DNA from: a virus
Lineage: Duplodnaviria; Caudoviricetes
IMG/VR virus record: IMGVR_UViG_3300028591_003737
Coordinates: 64,001-128,000 of that record
Length of the DNA stretch: 64,000 nucleotides
Direction: 5' to 3' (one strand)
Part shown: one piece after another, positions 1-8,992 of the stretch
Layout of the letters: the number at the start of each line of letters is the position of its first letter
Numbering within the stretch: position 1 is the stretch's first letter
The notes under the pieces: generated by a model
What the model was told of the DNA's origin: nothing
Seen by the model: the letters and a program-made list of their open reading frames with translations, nothing else
Databases searched by the model: none
Translations under genes and position numbers: made by a program

Positions 1-188
1 ATCTTTACAATATACATATCATCAAACCTTTCCGGTTTTGCAATAGTTTTTCTATATTGCTTTGATGCAACATAATAACCCTTTGATAAAACAGTAATAG
101 CAATATTAATATTATTAGTATTAACTGTTACAATTATAGAAACAATAGTATTATCAGATAATGTGGCTGATGCAGTGTAATTTTTCAT
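1..188 (-). CDS. hypothetical protein (runs off window start)
   Basis: ATG at 188, 3 nt after upstream stop; open frame MKNYTASATLSDN... to the edge. Confidence 0.6.
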   Translation of the reverse strand, partial: MKNYTASATLSDNTIVSIIVTVNTNNINIAITVLSKGYYVASKQYRKTIAKPERFDDMYIVK

Positions 189-191
189 ATT

Positions 192-401
192 TTAGTCAAA
201 GTAATAAATCATTTTCTTTCCTTCGAAAACCATAGCATATGCAGTATTCGTATTCAAAAGTTCCTTCTGATATTTAATCAGTCTTTCAGCAGAAGCTCTT
301 GCATCTTCTTTTGAATCAAACTTATCACTACCAAGAATATAGTCTAAACCATCAAAGATTTTAACTGAAATAGTGGAAGAAATTACATTTGACTTTTTCA
401 T
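192..401 (-). CDS. hypothetical phage protein
   Basis: 69 aa ORF preceded by TGAA-N16-CTATATT motif. Confidence 0.7.
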   Translation of the reverse strand: MKKSNVISSTISVKIFDGLDYILGSDKFDSKEDARASAERLIKYQKELLNTNTAYAMVFEGKKMIYYFD

Positions 402-424
402 ATGATCTATGTTTTTACATTATC

Positions 425-451
425 AATATAGTAATAAATTATAATAATTCA
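425..451 (-). promoter_or_regulatory. class-1 (putative early/middle) promoter TGAA-N16-CTATATT
   Basis: recurrent motif upstream of minus-strand gene blocks. Confidence 0.55.
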
Positions 452-458
452 TTAAAAA

Positions 459-472
459 TTATTTTTATATAT
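459..472 (+). promoter_or_regulatory. class-2 (putative late) promoter motif TTATTTTTATATA
   Basis: same motif precedes structural genes at 29434, 37555, 47131, 58431, 61917. Confidence 0.45.
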
Positions 473-473
473 C

Positions 474-707
474 ATGGAATTAGTAAAAAAATATTCAATC
501 AATTTACTTAGAAATAAACTTCTTGGAAAGAAAGTACACTTTACAAGTGATTGTCAATTATTTCCAAATTTTAATGTTACAGGTAAAGTTATACAAATAA
601 GTTTATCTGGTACAATTCCATTATTCAAAACTATACTTACATCAGGTAAAACTATTGATATTGATGGTGGAATGTCTAATCTTTCTTTTGAGTTAATAAA
701 TACATAA
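474..707 (+). CDS. hypothetical protein
   Basis: 77 aa ORF directly after class-2 motif. Confidence 0.6.
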   Translation: MELVKKYSINLLRNKLLGKKVHFTSDCQLFPNFNVTGKVIQISLSGTIPLFKTILTSGKTIDIDGGMSNLSFELINT

Positions 708-1164
708 CTACCCACCACCAATTACAGTTCTCAACATTTTTAGGTGCTTCAAGTCTAATAGTACATCTTATTTTTTTCAAAAATACTATTACTACTTCAG
801 GACAATATTCCCAAACATTTTCACCCCATTTAGTTTTATATCCCATTGGTTCTACATGTATAGCAAACCATTTATTAAGAAATGATTTATATGAAGCATG
901 AATATCCATATAATATTCACACCAATTATCATCTGTTACTTCTCCTTTATAAAATACTAATCTTGGTTTTCCATTAATCTTCTTTCTAACTTTCCACCAG
1001 TCTTTCCAAAGTTTATGAAAACCTAAATCAATATATATTTTATGATTATACAATCTATAATCTTTAGATGTATAATATTTTAAATTCATTTTAAATTTAT
1101 TCCAATTTGTATAAAGTACTGTTTCTTTTACTTTAAAATACCATATAATATCTTTCCAAGTCAT
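676..1164 (-). CDS. hypothetical Trp-rich protein
   Basis: 162 aa ORF, ends in TAG. Confidence 0.65.
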   Translation of the reverse strand: MTWKDIIWYFKVKETVLYTNWNKFKMNLKYYTSKDYRLYNHKIYIDLGFHKLWKDWWKVRKKINGKPRLVFYKGEVTDDNWCEYYMDIHASYKSFLNKWFAIHVEPMGYKTKWGENVWEYCPEVVIVFLKKIRCTIRLEAPKNVENCNWWWVVMYLLTQKKD

Positions 1165-1228
1165 ATTAAATAAAAAATGTTTCTATATAAAAATATAGAA
1201 ACATTTATATATATTATTTATATTCTGA

Positions 1229-1630
1229 TTAACATCCTCCAGATGAATGTGAACTACCACATCCTCCACTATAACTTCTACTATAACCTGATGATCTTCC
1301 GCATCCACCAGAAGAATATGAACTTCCACATCCACCACCACTATAAGAAGAACTTGAAGATCTTGAAGGTTTAGATTGTCTAGATGGTTTATTTTCTTTC
1401 TTCTTTCTTAAAGCATCTTTTGTTTTCTGATTCTTTTTTAATTCTCTTTGAATATCTTTCCATAATTCTGGATTTGCTTTAAGAATATCTTGTAATTTAT
1501 CAGGATCTAAATCAGCTAAATTATAATCACTTGTTAAAGATAGTTTTTCATTTAAAAGTTCATTTCTATTATAATTTGTAGCGATAGTATCACCAATAGA
1601 TTCTGTTAATCTTGTTAATAAACTTCTCAT
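1229..1630 (-). CDS. protein with Ser/Gly-rich (S)GGCG-repeat C-terminal tail; possible head-internal protein or modification substrate
   Basis: likely start MRSLLTRLTES at 1630, just after a TTATTTTTATCTATAA motif; tail SYSGGGCGSSYSSGGCGRSSGYSRSYSGGCGSSHSSGGC. Confidence 0.7.
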   Translation of the reverse strand: MRSLLTRLTESIGDTIATNYNRNELLNEKLSLTSDYNLADLDPDKLQDILKANPELWKDIQRELKKNQKTKDALRKKKENKPSRQSKPSRSSSSSYSGGGCGSSYSSGGCGRSSGYSRSYSGGCGSSHSSGGC

Positions 1631-1668
1631 AAATTTAATTTTATCTTTATAGATAAAAATAATATATT

Positions 1669-2031
1669 TTAACAATGTGATTTATATGAATGATATCCTG
1701 TACAATCCCAATATCCATCTTCATCATCATTATCACAACCAGATTTTATTGGTTTTCTTTTAGAATAAAGTCCTGAAACATCAAGTGCGTCATTTCTAAT
1801 TTTATTCATTATTTTATTTAATTCAGATTCATCAACTGAATATTTATTTATATACCAAGTAAGTAAAAGAGCAAGAAGTACACTGTCATCTTTACTCTTC
1901 TGTAATTCTTTAATTATTTCAAGAAATGTTGGATTATATTTCTTATTTAATTCAGATATAAGTAAATTATTATCTTCTATCTTTGCAGCGATAAGACCAA
2001 CATTTTTAGTTATTCCAGTAAATAAATCCAT
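1669..2031 (-). CDS. hypothetical protein with Cys-containing C-terminus
   Basis: 120 aa; ends SGCDNDDEDGYWDCTGYHSYKSHC. Confidence 0.7.
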   Translation of the reverse strand: MDLFTGITKNVGLIAAKIEDNNLLISELNKKYNPTFLEIIKELQKSKDDSVLLALLLTWYINKYSVDESELNKIMNKIRNDALDVSGLYSKRKPIKSGCDNDDEDGYWDCTGYHSYKSHC

Positions 2032-2032
2032 A

Positions 2033-2356
2033 TTATAATATTGTCTCTATATTTAATTTCTTTTCATATTCCTTAACATTCTTTATATGTGCTTCTAATA
2101 ATTTATCATGTAAAGCAAGAAATTTAGGATTAGTTTGTGTATAAGTTGGAAGTATAATCTTACCTTTAATTATATCTTTTTGAATATCATATAAATTAAA
2201 TTTATATTGTTGAAATAAAATTAAGGAAAAATCATACCATTTTGAATGGTCTATATAATGTAATTTATCACCTCTACAACAACACCAATTATACAGATAC
2301 TCACTTAGATCTGTAATCATATCTATTAATACATCTACTTCAGAAGTTTTATCCAT
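2033..2356 (-). CDS. hypothetical protein (WCCCRG..H motif)
   Basis: 107 aa, tightly packed with neighbours. Confidence 0.7.
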   Translation of the reverse strand: MDKTSEVDVLIDMITDLSEYLYNWCCCRGDKLHYIDHSKWYDFSLILFQQYKFNLYDIQKDIIKGKIILPTYTQTNPKFLALHDKLLEAHIKNVKEYEKKLNIETIL

Positions 2357-2358
2357 AA

Positions 2359-2664
2359 TTAGTTTACTGGAACCAATACCTCAACATTCATGTCATTTAA
2401 TATCTGTTTATTAATTGCTTTTGATATCTCATCTACATGAAAGTCAAGTACTTTCTTTGCTTGTTCCTCAATATTTTTAATCTGTCTTTTTGTAAATGGT
2501 TTTTTCTTCTGAAGATGTACACATCCACAACAGTCTTCATATTTATAAAAACCAGCTTCTACAAATCCATTAATTAAATCATCAGTATTACAAGTTAACC
2601 CATTAAACTTTCCATCTTTAACAGGTTTAGATTTCTTAAATAATATATCAAAAAATGTATTCAT
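2359..2664 (-). CDS. hypothetical protein (DCCGCVH motif)
   Basis: likely start MNTFF, 2 nt after the radical SAM stop. Confidence 0.7.
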   Translation of the reverse strand: MNTFFDILFKKSKPVKDGKFNGLTCNTDDLINGFVEAGFYKYEDCCGCVHLQKKKPFTKRQIKNIEEQAKKVLDFHVDEISKAINKQILNDMNVEVLVPVN

Positions 2665-2666
2665 AA

Positions 2667-3554
2667 TTAAACCCAATGAGGATATATTTTTCCATTTTCA
2701 TGGATTACTCCAAAGAAATATGGTTTAGCAAATATCCATCTTGTACATATTTTTATAAAATCCCAAATATTTGCTTTCTTTAATTTACTTCTATAGAAAC
2801 AACTTCTTTTAATATAAAGATGACCATCAAAATTATCACCATATAATGACCATTTTTTAGCTCCTTTATATTCTGTCTTACAACCCCAAGCAAATGGAGA
2901 ATTCATCTTAATTCCAAGAGTTTTAGGAATATCTATATATAAATCATCTGCATCAAATAATTCACATATCTTTAAATTCTTAAAACCAAGACGATTAAAC
3001 ATCATTACATTATTTATGATATCATCTTTATTTTCAAAATATGGTTTAAAGATATTGATACTACCTAAAATCTTATCAGAACCACAATGTTCAAGAATTT
3101 CTTTATAAAATTCCTTTCTATCAAAATTACTTTTAGATTGTCTTATCATATCACTCATATTATCACTATAATATTGAAGTGATATTTGAATATTATCACA
3201 TTTATCTAGAATTTCAAAAAACTTATCTTTTTCTTTATAACAAATATTAGGTACACTTGTTATAACAAGAATTTTTAAATCAGTATTTTCTTTAATCCAA
3301 TTTACAAAATAAAGTAATTCATCAAGAAATATAAATGGTTCACCACCAGATATACATATATTTTTTACTTTGTCTTTATATTCATTAACAGTTTCAATTA
3401 TTTTATCTATTTCTGGTTTTTTAGTATTTACTCCTATATTTAATTTATCTATACAGAATTCACAATTATTAGGACATAATTTAGTAAAGTGAATCATAAG
3501 TTCACTTATTTTTGGTGAATGATCACATGTATTTATATTATATCTAATTTTCAT
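2667..3554 (-). CDS. radical SAM protein
   Basis: CxxxCxxC (CPNNCEFC) and SGGEP motifs; no obvious SPASM domain. Confidence 0.9.
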   Translation of the reverse strand: MKIRYNINTCDHSPKISELMIHFTKLCPNNCEFCIDKLNIGVNTKKPEIDKIIETVNEYKDKVKNICISGGEPFIFLDELLYFVNWIKENTDLKILVITSVPNICYKEKDKFFEILDKCDNIQISLQYYSDNMSDMIRQSKSNFDRKEFYKEILEHCGSDKILGSINIFKPYFENKDDIINNVMMFNRLGFKNLKICELFDADDLYIDIPKTLGIKMNSPFAWGCKTEYKGAKKWSLYGDNFDGHLYIKRSCFYRSKLKKANIWDFIKICTRWIFAKPYFFGVIHENGKIYPHWV

Positions 3555-3967
3555 TTGAATAAGTGAAAGTCAATATATTGTCCAAAATACCATCTTAAAA
3601 ATTCATATTCTTTTTCTCCCCAATATGCAGATCCTTCTGGAGAATCCATCCATGAAAATGCAGATGATATTGTTTCTTTATCAAGAAGTCCAGAAATAAC
3701 TTCAATAACTTTACAATTAATTTCTGCGCTTATTTCAGTAGTAAGTTGAAGACTACCATCATCTAAACGATATTTATTAAGAATATCTTGTTGAATATTA
3801 TCTCTAAAATCTGTATACCATTTTCTAGTCTTTAACCATTCTTCAATTTCTTCAGGATATCGACCATTAATTTTATAATAATTTAAATTATATTTTTGTA
3901 TGAGATAAATTGTAATTGGTAATAAAACCATACAAATTAAAATTAATATTAATAATGTATTACTCAT
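3551..3967 (-). CDS. hypothetical membrane-anchored protein
   Basis: N-terminal hydrophobic helix; FSWMDSPEGSAYW motif. Confidence 0.7.
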   Translation of the reverse strand: MSNTLLILILICMVLLPITIYLIQKYNLNYYKINGRYPEEIEEWLKTRKWYTDFRDNIQQDILNKYRLDDGSLQLTTEISAEINCKVIEVISGLLDKETISSAFSWMDSPEGSAYWGEKEYEFLRWYFGQYIDFHLFK

Positions 3968-4211
3968 CTTTCTTATCTTTTATACCTTTAGCAATTTCCA
4001 AAATATAAAGTCTTAAATCATGATAACATTCTGGATATGAACCATATTTTTTAATAGCACCAAAAATAAAAGCAAGTGCTTCATCTGCAATACCAGGTCC
4101 ACAAAATTCTCTATCATTATTCCAATCTGGTTCAATAGTACCAATAACTCTTGTTTTAGGATCAAGAATTTCTTTATTATCCTCTGTCAAAAACGCTGTT
4201 AATTTTTTCAT
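3960..4211 (-). CDS. hypothetical protein
   Basis: 83 aa; MKKLTAFLTE leader. Confidence 0.65.
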   Translation of the reverse strand: MKKLTAFLTEDNKEILDPKTRVIGTIEPDWNNDREFCGPGIADEALAFIFGAIKKYGSYPECYHDLRLYILEIAKGIKDKKDE

Positions 4212-4215
4212 AATA

Positions 4216-4488
4216 TTAATTTTTTATATAATCTTCTAAAATCATTGATTCAAATTTTTCAACAAATATTTTACATGTATCTTCATTTAATACATCTAAG
4301 GACAATTGATATGGGTCTCCAGATTTAATATATTGTCCTTCATCATTTTGTTTACATTCAGTACTTAAAAAGAAATATGAATTTTCTTTTTTTATAAATT
4401 CAACCATTACAAATTCACCATCTACATTTATAATGAATTTAACAAATGGTGAATTATCAATATAATTAATTAATTTTTCTTTATACAT
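4216..4488 (-). CDS. hypothetical protein
   Basis: likely start MYKEK just after pnuC stop. Confidence 0.6.
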   Translation of the reverse strand: MYKEKLINYIDNSPFVKFIINVDGEFVMVEFIKKENSYFFLSTECKQNDEGQYIKSGDPYQLSLDVLNEDTCKIFVEKFESMILEDYIKN

Positions 4489-4489
4489 A

Positions 4490-5116
4490 TTATTTACTCC
4501 ATTTAATATATCCATAAATACAATTCATAATCCAGAAAATGTATTGTACTATCATAAATATATTTCCAATATTTATCCAAAGAATAAGTGTAGCAATATC
4601 AACAATCAACCACATTATCCATTGTTCTCTATATCTAAACATCAACATAAATTGAGCAATAAATGCTGGTACTGTTGATATTGAGTCAAGAAATGGTCTA
4701 GGATCATTTGTTCTTAAAAGTATTATATATAGTAATATAGTACTTATAATAAATATACTACAACATAGTAACCAATCCTGCTTAGATAGTTTACGAGCAA
4801 TAACTTCTTTTTCCTCTTTATTATAATTCTTAATCCAAATAAAAAAAGCGATTGTTGTGGTAATTACATAAAATATATTTTCAACTAATTCGCCATAAAG
4901 ATGCTGTTGAAATATGATTACTATATAAGTAAACATTTGAATATAAGCAAATAAATAAAATGAAAGTTTCTTTTGAGAACAAAGAACCACATTTATTACT
5001 CCACTTAATCCACAAATAAATGAAAGTAAACTATCACCTGTAAATATATAACATATTATTTGAAGTAATACCCCAAATAACATAAATAACCAATCAAATG
5101 TTTTAATTTTACTCAT
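4490..5116 (-). CDS. pnuC: PnuC-family (nicotinamide riboside/vitamin) transporter
   Basis: 208 aa, about 7 TM helices; PFLDS, REQWIMWLIVD and C-terminal YGYIKW motifs. Confidence 0.88.
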   Translation of the reverse strand: MSKIKTFDWLFMLFGVLLQIICYIFTGDSLLSFICGLSGVINVVLCSQKKLSFYLFAYIQMFTYIVIIFQQHLYGELVENIFYVITTTIAFFIWIKNYNKEEKEVIARKLSKQDWLLCCSIFIISTILLYIILLRTNDPRPFLDSISTVPAFIAQFMLMFRYREQWIMWLIVDIATLILWINIGNIFMIVQYIFWIMNCIYGYIKWSK

Positions 5117-5167
5117 AATATATCAAAACTATCGTAATAATCAATAATTCTTTGATATTTATCCATA

Positions 5168-5491
5168 TTATTTAAAATATTTTTCTTCAAATGGTCTTAC
5201 TTTATAAGAATTTCTCCATGCAAGTATTTCTTCTTTACTAATTTCTCCATTTTGATATTGAAATTCTTTTGCTAAATCTCTTACCGCTGCCTTAAGATAT
5301 TTTATATCTTCAACATTATCATTTGGATCTCCACTATTAGGACTCATTCCAATTCTTATATTATGAGGTATCATTTGATGGAATCTTTCTTCATAATCCC
5401 AAATAGTAATATGAACATCTCCATCATTTCCAATGACAACTGTCATTTCTTGATCTGGTCCATCTATTGATTTTAATTTAAAACTATTCAT
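5168..5491 (-). CDS. hypothetical protein
   Basis: 107 aa ORF overlapping the upstream stop. Confidence 0.7.
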   Translation of the reverse strand: MNSFKLKSIDGPDQEMTVVIGNDGDVHITIWDYEERFHQMIPHNIRIGMSPNSGDPNDNVEDIKYLKAAVRDLAKEFQYQNGEISKEEILAWRNSYKVRPFEEKYFK

Positions 5492-5843
5492 ATCTTACTA
5501 CTTTAACAGGTATTCCTTTTTGTTTACATAAATCAATTGTATGTTTCGTTCCCTTTGATTTTCCATCCCAGAAACAAATAGCAGCAGAAGCAATATCTAC
5601 CATTTCTTTGTTTCTCCTATAGCCAGCACTTTTACCATATTTATCCCAATCTGCTGGATGAGAATCTATTTTATATCCTCTTTCTTTTGCATATTTCTCT
5701 CCAAGAGAATCAGCACCTCTTGCTGCACCAGATATAATTACTATTTCTGGATTATCTAAATTTGATAAATAGTAATCACATTTATTTTTTAATAATTCAT
5801 AATTATTAAAATCTCTACCACCAGCTATAATTACTTTAAACAT
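5484..5843 (-). CDS. YspA-like SLOG family protein (DUF2493)
   Basis: IIAGGRDF, SGAARGADSLGE, ADW..YGKSAG.RRN, FWDGKSKGT motifs. Confidence 0.88.
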   Translation of the reverse strand: MFKVIIAGGRDFNNYELLKNKCDYYLSNLDNPEIVIISGAARGADSLGEKYAKERGYKIDSHPADWDKYGKSAGYRRNKEMVDIASAAICFWDGKSKGTKHTIDLCKQKGIPVKVVRYE

Positions 5844-5845
5844 AA

Positions 5846-6085
5846 TTAAATTTCATAAGGTCTACTATATAAATATCTTTCAGAATCATATCTTCCTTGA
5901 CGACGAAGTTCACGTACTTCTCTATTCCAAAGTTCTTCATTAGTCCAACCACCTTGAAGATATTTAATATCATAACATACTGGAGTAAATTTATTTACAC
6001 CATAATGTCCACCAAAATAACAAGTATTTCTATTAAAAAATGCACATTCTCCACAATATGCTGGTATTTCATTTGGATTTCTCAT
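5846..6085 (-). CDS. small Cys-containing hypothetical protein
   Basis: 79 aa; CGECAFF motif. Confidence 0.65.
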   Translation of the reverse strand: MRNPNEIPAYCGECAFFNRNTCYFGGHYGVNKFTPVCYDIKYLQGGWTNEELWNREVRELRRQGRYDSERYLYSRPYEI

Positions 6086-6088
6086 AAT

Positions 6089-6259
6089 TTAATCTTGAAA
6101 ATGTTTTATTGTTCCTTCATACCAATCATCTGGTGTAGGTTCAAAATGAACTCCAATTGGTTTATCATAATTATCATTCTTTTCATCATCAGAATGATGA
6201 AAAATATTATAATCATAATCTGGTTGTTTATTACAACCATCATCACTAAAATGTTTCAT
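6089..6259 (-). CDS. small acidic hypothetical protein (56 aa)
   Basis: MKHFSDDGC...IKHFQD fills the gap; below ORF-track cutoff. Confidence 0.5.
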   Translation of the reverse strand: MKHFSDDGCNKQPDYDYNIFHHSDDEKNDNYDKPIGVHFEPTPDDWYEGTIKHFQD

Positions 6260-6287
6260 ATTTTTTTAATTATCTTTTATGTAATAA

Positions 6288-6659
6288 TTAAAATCCTTTT
6301 AATCCTCTTAATCCTCTATAGTATTTACCATAGAATTCTTTACCTTTATCAAATTCAGAATGACCACATTTATCAATGTATTTATTTATATCTTTTTGAT
6401 ATTTTTCATAAACATCATTCATAAGTACAGATATATTTACTTGTTCAAAGAAATGTTTATTGTTATCGTAAAAGCTTTTCATACGGAGAGCATGGTCAAA
6501 CTGTTCTCCAATCATAGTTCCATCCATATTAGATGTTGATACATCAAAATATGATACACCATCTTGTAATGCAAGATCTTGAAGATGAAACTTAAAGAAA
6601 GTTTTCTTAAAATCTTCTAAATCTTTACACTCACAAAACTTTAATTCTTTCTTACTCAT
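6288..6659 (-). CDS. hypothetical protein
   Basis: likely start MSKKEL, 1 nt after upstream stop. Confidence 0.65.
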   Translation of the reverse strand: MSKKELKFCECKDLEDFKKTFFKFHLQDLALQDGVSYFDVSTSNMDGTMIGEQFDHALRMKSFYDNNKHFFEQVNISVLMNDVYEKYQKDINKYIDKCGHSEFDKGKEFYGKYYRGLRGLKGF

Positions 6660-6660
6660 A

Positions 6661-6897
6661 TTACAATATTTTATATGCTTCTGCTTCAAGTGCAGGATAT
6701 TTACTAAAAGCACCATGTCTTACTTGGAATTCAAAAGAATCAATAGAATCAGGATTAATGTTATTCTCCATCAATTCATTTTTCCATTTATAAATTTCTC
6801 TCTCCCAGTAATGCCTTTCATTTTCTGAGGTTGCTTTATTTCTAAGACTATAACAGTCTTTTAACATTTCTGCTACATTATAAAGTCTGTCTGCCAT
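6661..6897 (-). CDS. hypothetical protein
   Basis: 78 aa ORF. Confidence 0.7.
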   Translation of the reverse strand: MADRLYNVAEMLKDCYSLRNKATSENERHYWEREIYKWKNELMENNINPDSIDSFEFQVRHGAFSKYPALEAEAYKIL

Positions 6898-6915
6898 AAT
6901 TATTAAATTTTTTTA

Positions 6916-6978
6916 ATAATGTTCATTATTTTATTTATGTTCATTAATTTTGAACATTGATATTTTTGTGAACATTAT
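6916..6978. promoter_or_regulatory. symmetric four-box element ATGTTCA-N11-ATGTTCA-N7-TGAACAT-N11-TGAACAT
   Basis: boxes at 6919, 6937, 6951, 6969; outer arms ATAATGTTCA/TGAACATTAT. Confidence 0.6.
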
Positions 6979-8087
6979 CCTTCAATTAAACTATTGATAT
7001 AATTCTTTACTTCAATAAAGTTCTCAAGATAAGATCCATTCAAATAAGTTTTATTTACATCAGGATAAAACTCAGCAACAAGTTTCTGAAGTTTTTCAAA
7101 ATTCTTATTTCTTTCTTCCATCGAAGCTTGTTTCATATATCTTACTCCATCATTTACAAAATTCTTAGATGGAGGGAATATGAATATTCTATCCCATTTA
7201 TATTCATAAATTTTATTTAACTCTTTAGCTTTCTCATAAAGGCAATCATAATCTTCTTTAGAAAGATAAATATCATAATCCTCTACATAAGCAAGAGCAT
7301 ACATAAGAGTTACTGTATTATCAGTATCTGAAATAAATACACCATTCTTTGATTTTCTTCTTTCAGTATCACAATAATCTAACTGTCCATTTAAGAAAGC
7401 ATCAAAATCGGCATATGTTAAATCTTTATCAGTTATATTGTCTGCCTTCATATAATCTCTACCATATTCTCTTGCATAAGGTATATCAAAATAATTAGCA
7501 ATATCTCTTACCAGTGTAGACTTACCTTCACTTGCAGTACCAATAACAAGAATATTCTTACAAAGATATGGTTTAAATGGAGCTGTAATTTTATTCCAAT
7601 ACTTAACAGGATTTTTTCTAATCTGTGTACCAGAAACTTGATTTACTTTATCAATAAGAACTACATTACAAGGATAATTATTTCCTTCAATATAAATACT
7701 TTCAAGGCATTTCTTATAAAATGGTTCAGCTACATACCAAGTTATTTTATAGTCTTCTGTTGTAACACTAATTTCATCCTTATTAATATATTCCATTACC
7801 TTTTTAGTCCAGATTTCCCAGTTATGCGTAGACATACTTTCATCAAGACCAAGCTCAGTATCATTAATCTTTCTAACTCTAATCTGCTCATCATATCTGA
7901 AGAAATCATAAATTAAAGTATATCTTTCATCAAGATTAAGATTAATTTCCCAACCACGAGGTTCATTATCATAACCGCATACAATAACATAACAGATGTC
8001 ATTTTCTTTCTTAGCTCTCATAATGACATCCATATGTCCTTGGTGAAGTGGGCAATAACCACCAAAACAAATACCTATATTTTTCAT
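6975..8087 (-). CDS. nadR: NadR-like bifunctional NMN adenylyltransferase / ribosylnicotinamide kinase (no HTH)
   Basis: N-terminal FGGYCPLHQGH (HxGH), SGTQIR.NP, Walker A GTASEGKST, EYGR, DTD motifs. Confidence 0.9.
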   Translation of the reverse strand: MKNIGICFGGYCPLHQGHMDVIMRAKKENDICYVIVCGYDNEPRGWEINLNLDERYTLIYDFFRYDEQIRVRKINDTELGLDESMSTHNWEIWTKKVMEYINKDEISVTTEDYKITWYVAEPFYKKCLESIYIEGNNYPCNVVLIDKVNQVSGTQIRKNPVKYWNKITAPFKPYLCKNILVIGTASEGKSTLVRDIANYFDIPYAREYGRDYMKADNITDKDLTYADFDAFLNGQLDYCDTERRKSKNGVFISDTDNTVTLMYALAYVEDYDIYLSKEDYDCLYEKAKELNKIYEYKWDRIFIFPPSKNFVNDGVRYMKQASMEERNKNFEKLQKLVAEFYPDVNKTYLNGSYLENFIEVKNYINSLIEG

Positions 8088-8338
8088 ATTACAAATGTAG
8101 TCTTTTTAATACATTCTTCCATTTCTTCTCTAGTCCAAATCTTTGGTTGATCTAACTCATATATCTTAATTCCAAGACAATCATGACCAGCAATCTTAAG
8201 AGTTTTTCTAAGAAAACGTTCAAGTTCTTCATTATTTTCAGAACTATCAACTACAAAATCAAAACCTAAAAATTGAGGTCCACCACACCTAATATCTTCC
8301 CAATCATTTTGTTCGCAATCAATTACAACTCTTTTCAT
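8084..8338 (-). CDS. hypothetical protein
   Basis: 84 aa; ATGA overlap with nadR. Confidence 0.7.
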   Translation of the reverse strand: MKRVVIDCEQNDWEDIRCGGPQFLGFDFVVDSSENNEELERFLRKTLKIAGHDCLGIKIYELDQPKIWTREEMEECIKKTTFVI

Positions 8339-8339
8339 A

Positions 8340-8987
8340 TTAAATAAATTTAATTCTTAATGAAACAATTTCTCCTTTACTATTCTTTCCAGCATAAAGA
8401 TTATAACTACCATCACCAAATCCACTAAAACTAATAACACATTTATTATCAAGTGCTATAGCATCTCTTCTTTCTTGACCAGAATATTCCCAGTGGCCTT
8501 CTCTTGGATTACTAATAGTTCCATCTTCATTAAAGGTCCAATCATCTACCCAATGAGGTTCTATAAAATCTTTACCATTAATATCAAAATCATATCTTAA
8601 ATCAAACTGTCTTTCATACCACTCATCACTTTCGGGGTAATCATCAATATATTTACCTTCTTCAAGAGTATGATATTTTTCAAAGTATTCTTTATCATAA
8701 ATACCTGCAGCACCACTATCTACTCCAATATCAATATTTTTATCAAGAAGTTTAGTAGGAAAATTTTTAATATATTTTTCATGTGCTATCCAAAGATCAG
8801 TCTCACGAATACCACCAAATCCACCAGGACCAAAATCTTTCTTATATACAAATCCATAATATTTTCCTGGTTTAAGACCTTCAACAAAGGCTTGACACCA
8901 AGTGCCTACTCCATAACAAGGATCACTTACATAAACTTTATCACTTAATTCTATTGTACCTAATTCTTGTTTATATTTTTTACTCAT
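8340..8987 (-). CDS. DUF4241-like protein
   Basis: VSDPCY, IGVDSG.AGI.D, SGFGDGSY..Y...GEIV motifs. Confidence 0.7.
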   Translation of the reverse strand: MSKKYKQELGTIELSDKVYVSDPCYGVGTWCQAFVEGLKPGKYYGFVYKKDFGPGGFGGIRETDLWIAHEKYIKNFPTKLLDKNIDIGVDSGAAGIYDKEYFEKYHTLEEGKYIDDYPESDEWYERQFDLRYDFDINGKDFIEPHWVDDWTFNEDGTISNPREGHWEYSGQERRDAIALDNKCVISFSGFGDGSYNLYAGKNSKGEIVSLRIKFI

Positions 8988-8992
8988 ATCTA

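Noticed and set aside
2667-3554. Radical SAM as viperin, QueE or anaerobic RNR activase
   Set aside because: No diagnostic motifs or partner genes (queCDF, nrdD) in the window; cannot be assigned by eye.
5113-5166. 17-codon ORF MDKYQRIIDYYDSFDIL overlapping the pnuC start, as a leader peptide
   Set aside because: Too short to support, with no attenuator structure; may be only a translational-coupling remnant.
6975-8087. NadR as the transcriptional repressor of the adjacent four-box element
   Set aside because: The protein starts directly with the nucleotidyltransferase strand and has no N-terminal HTH.
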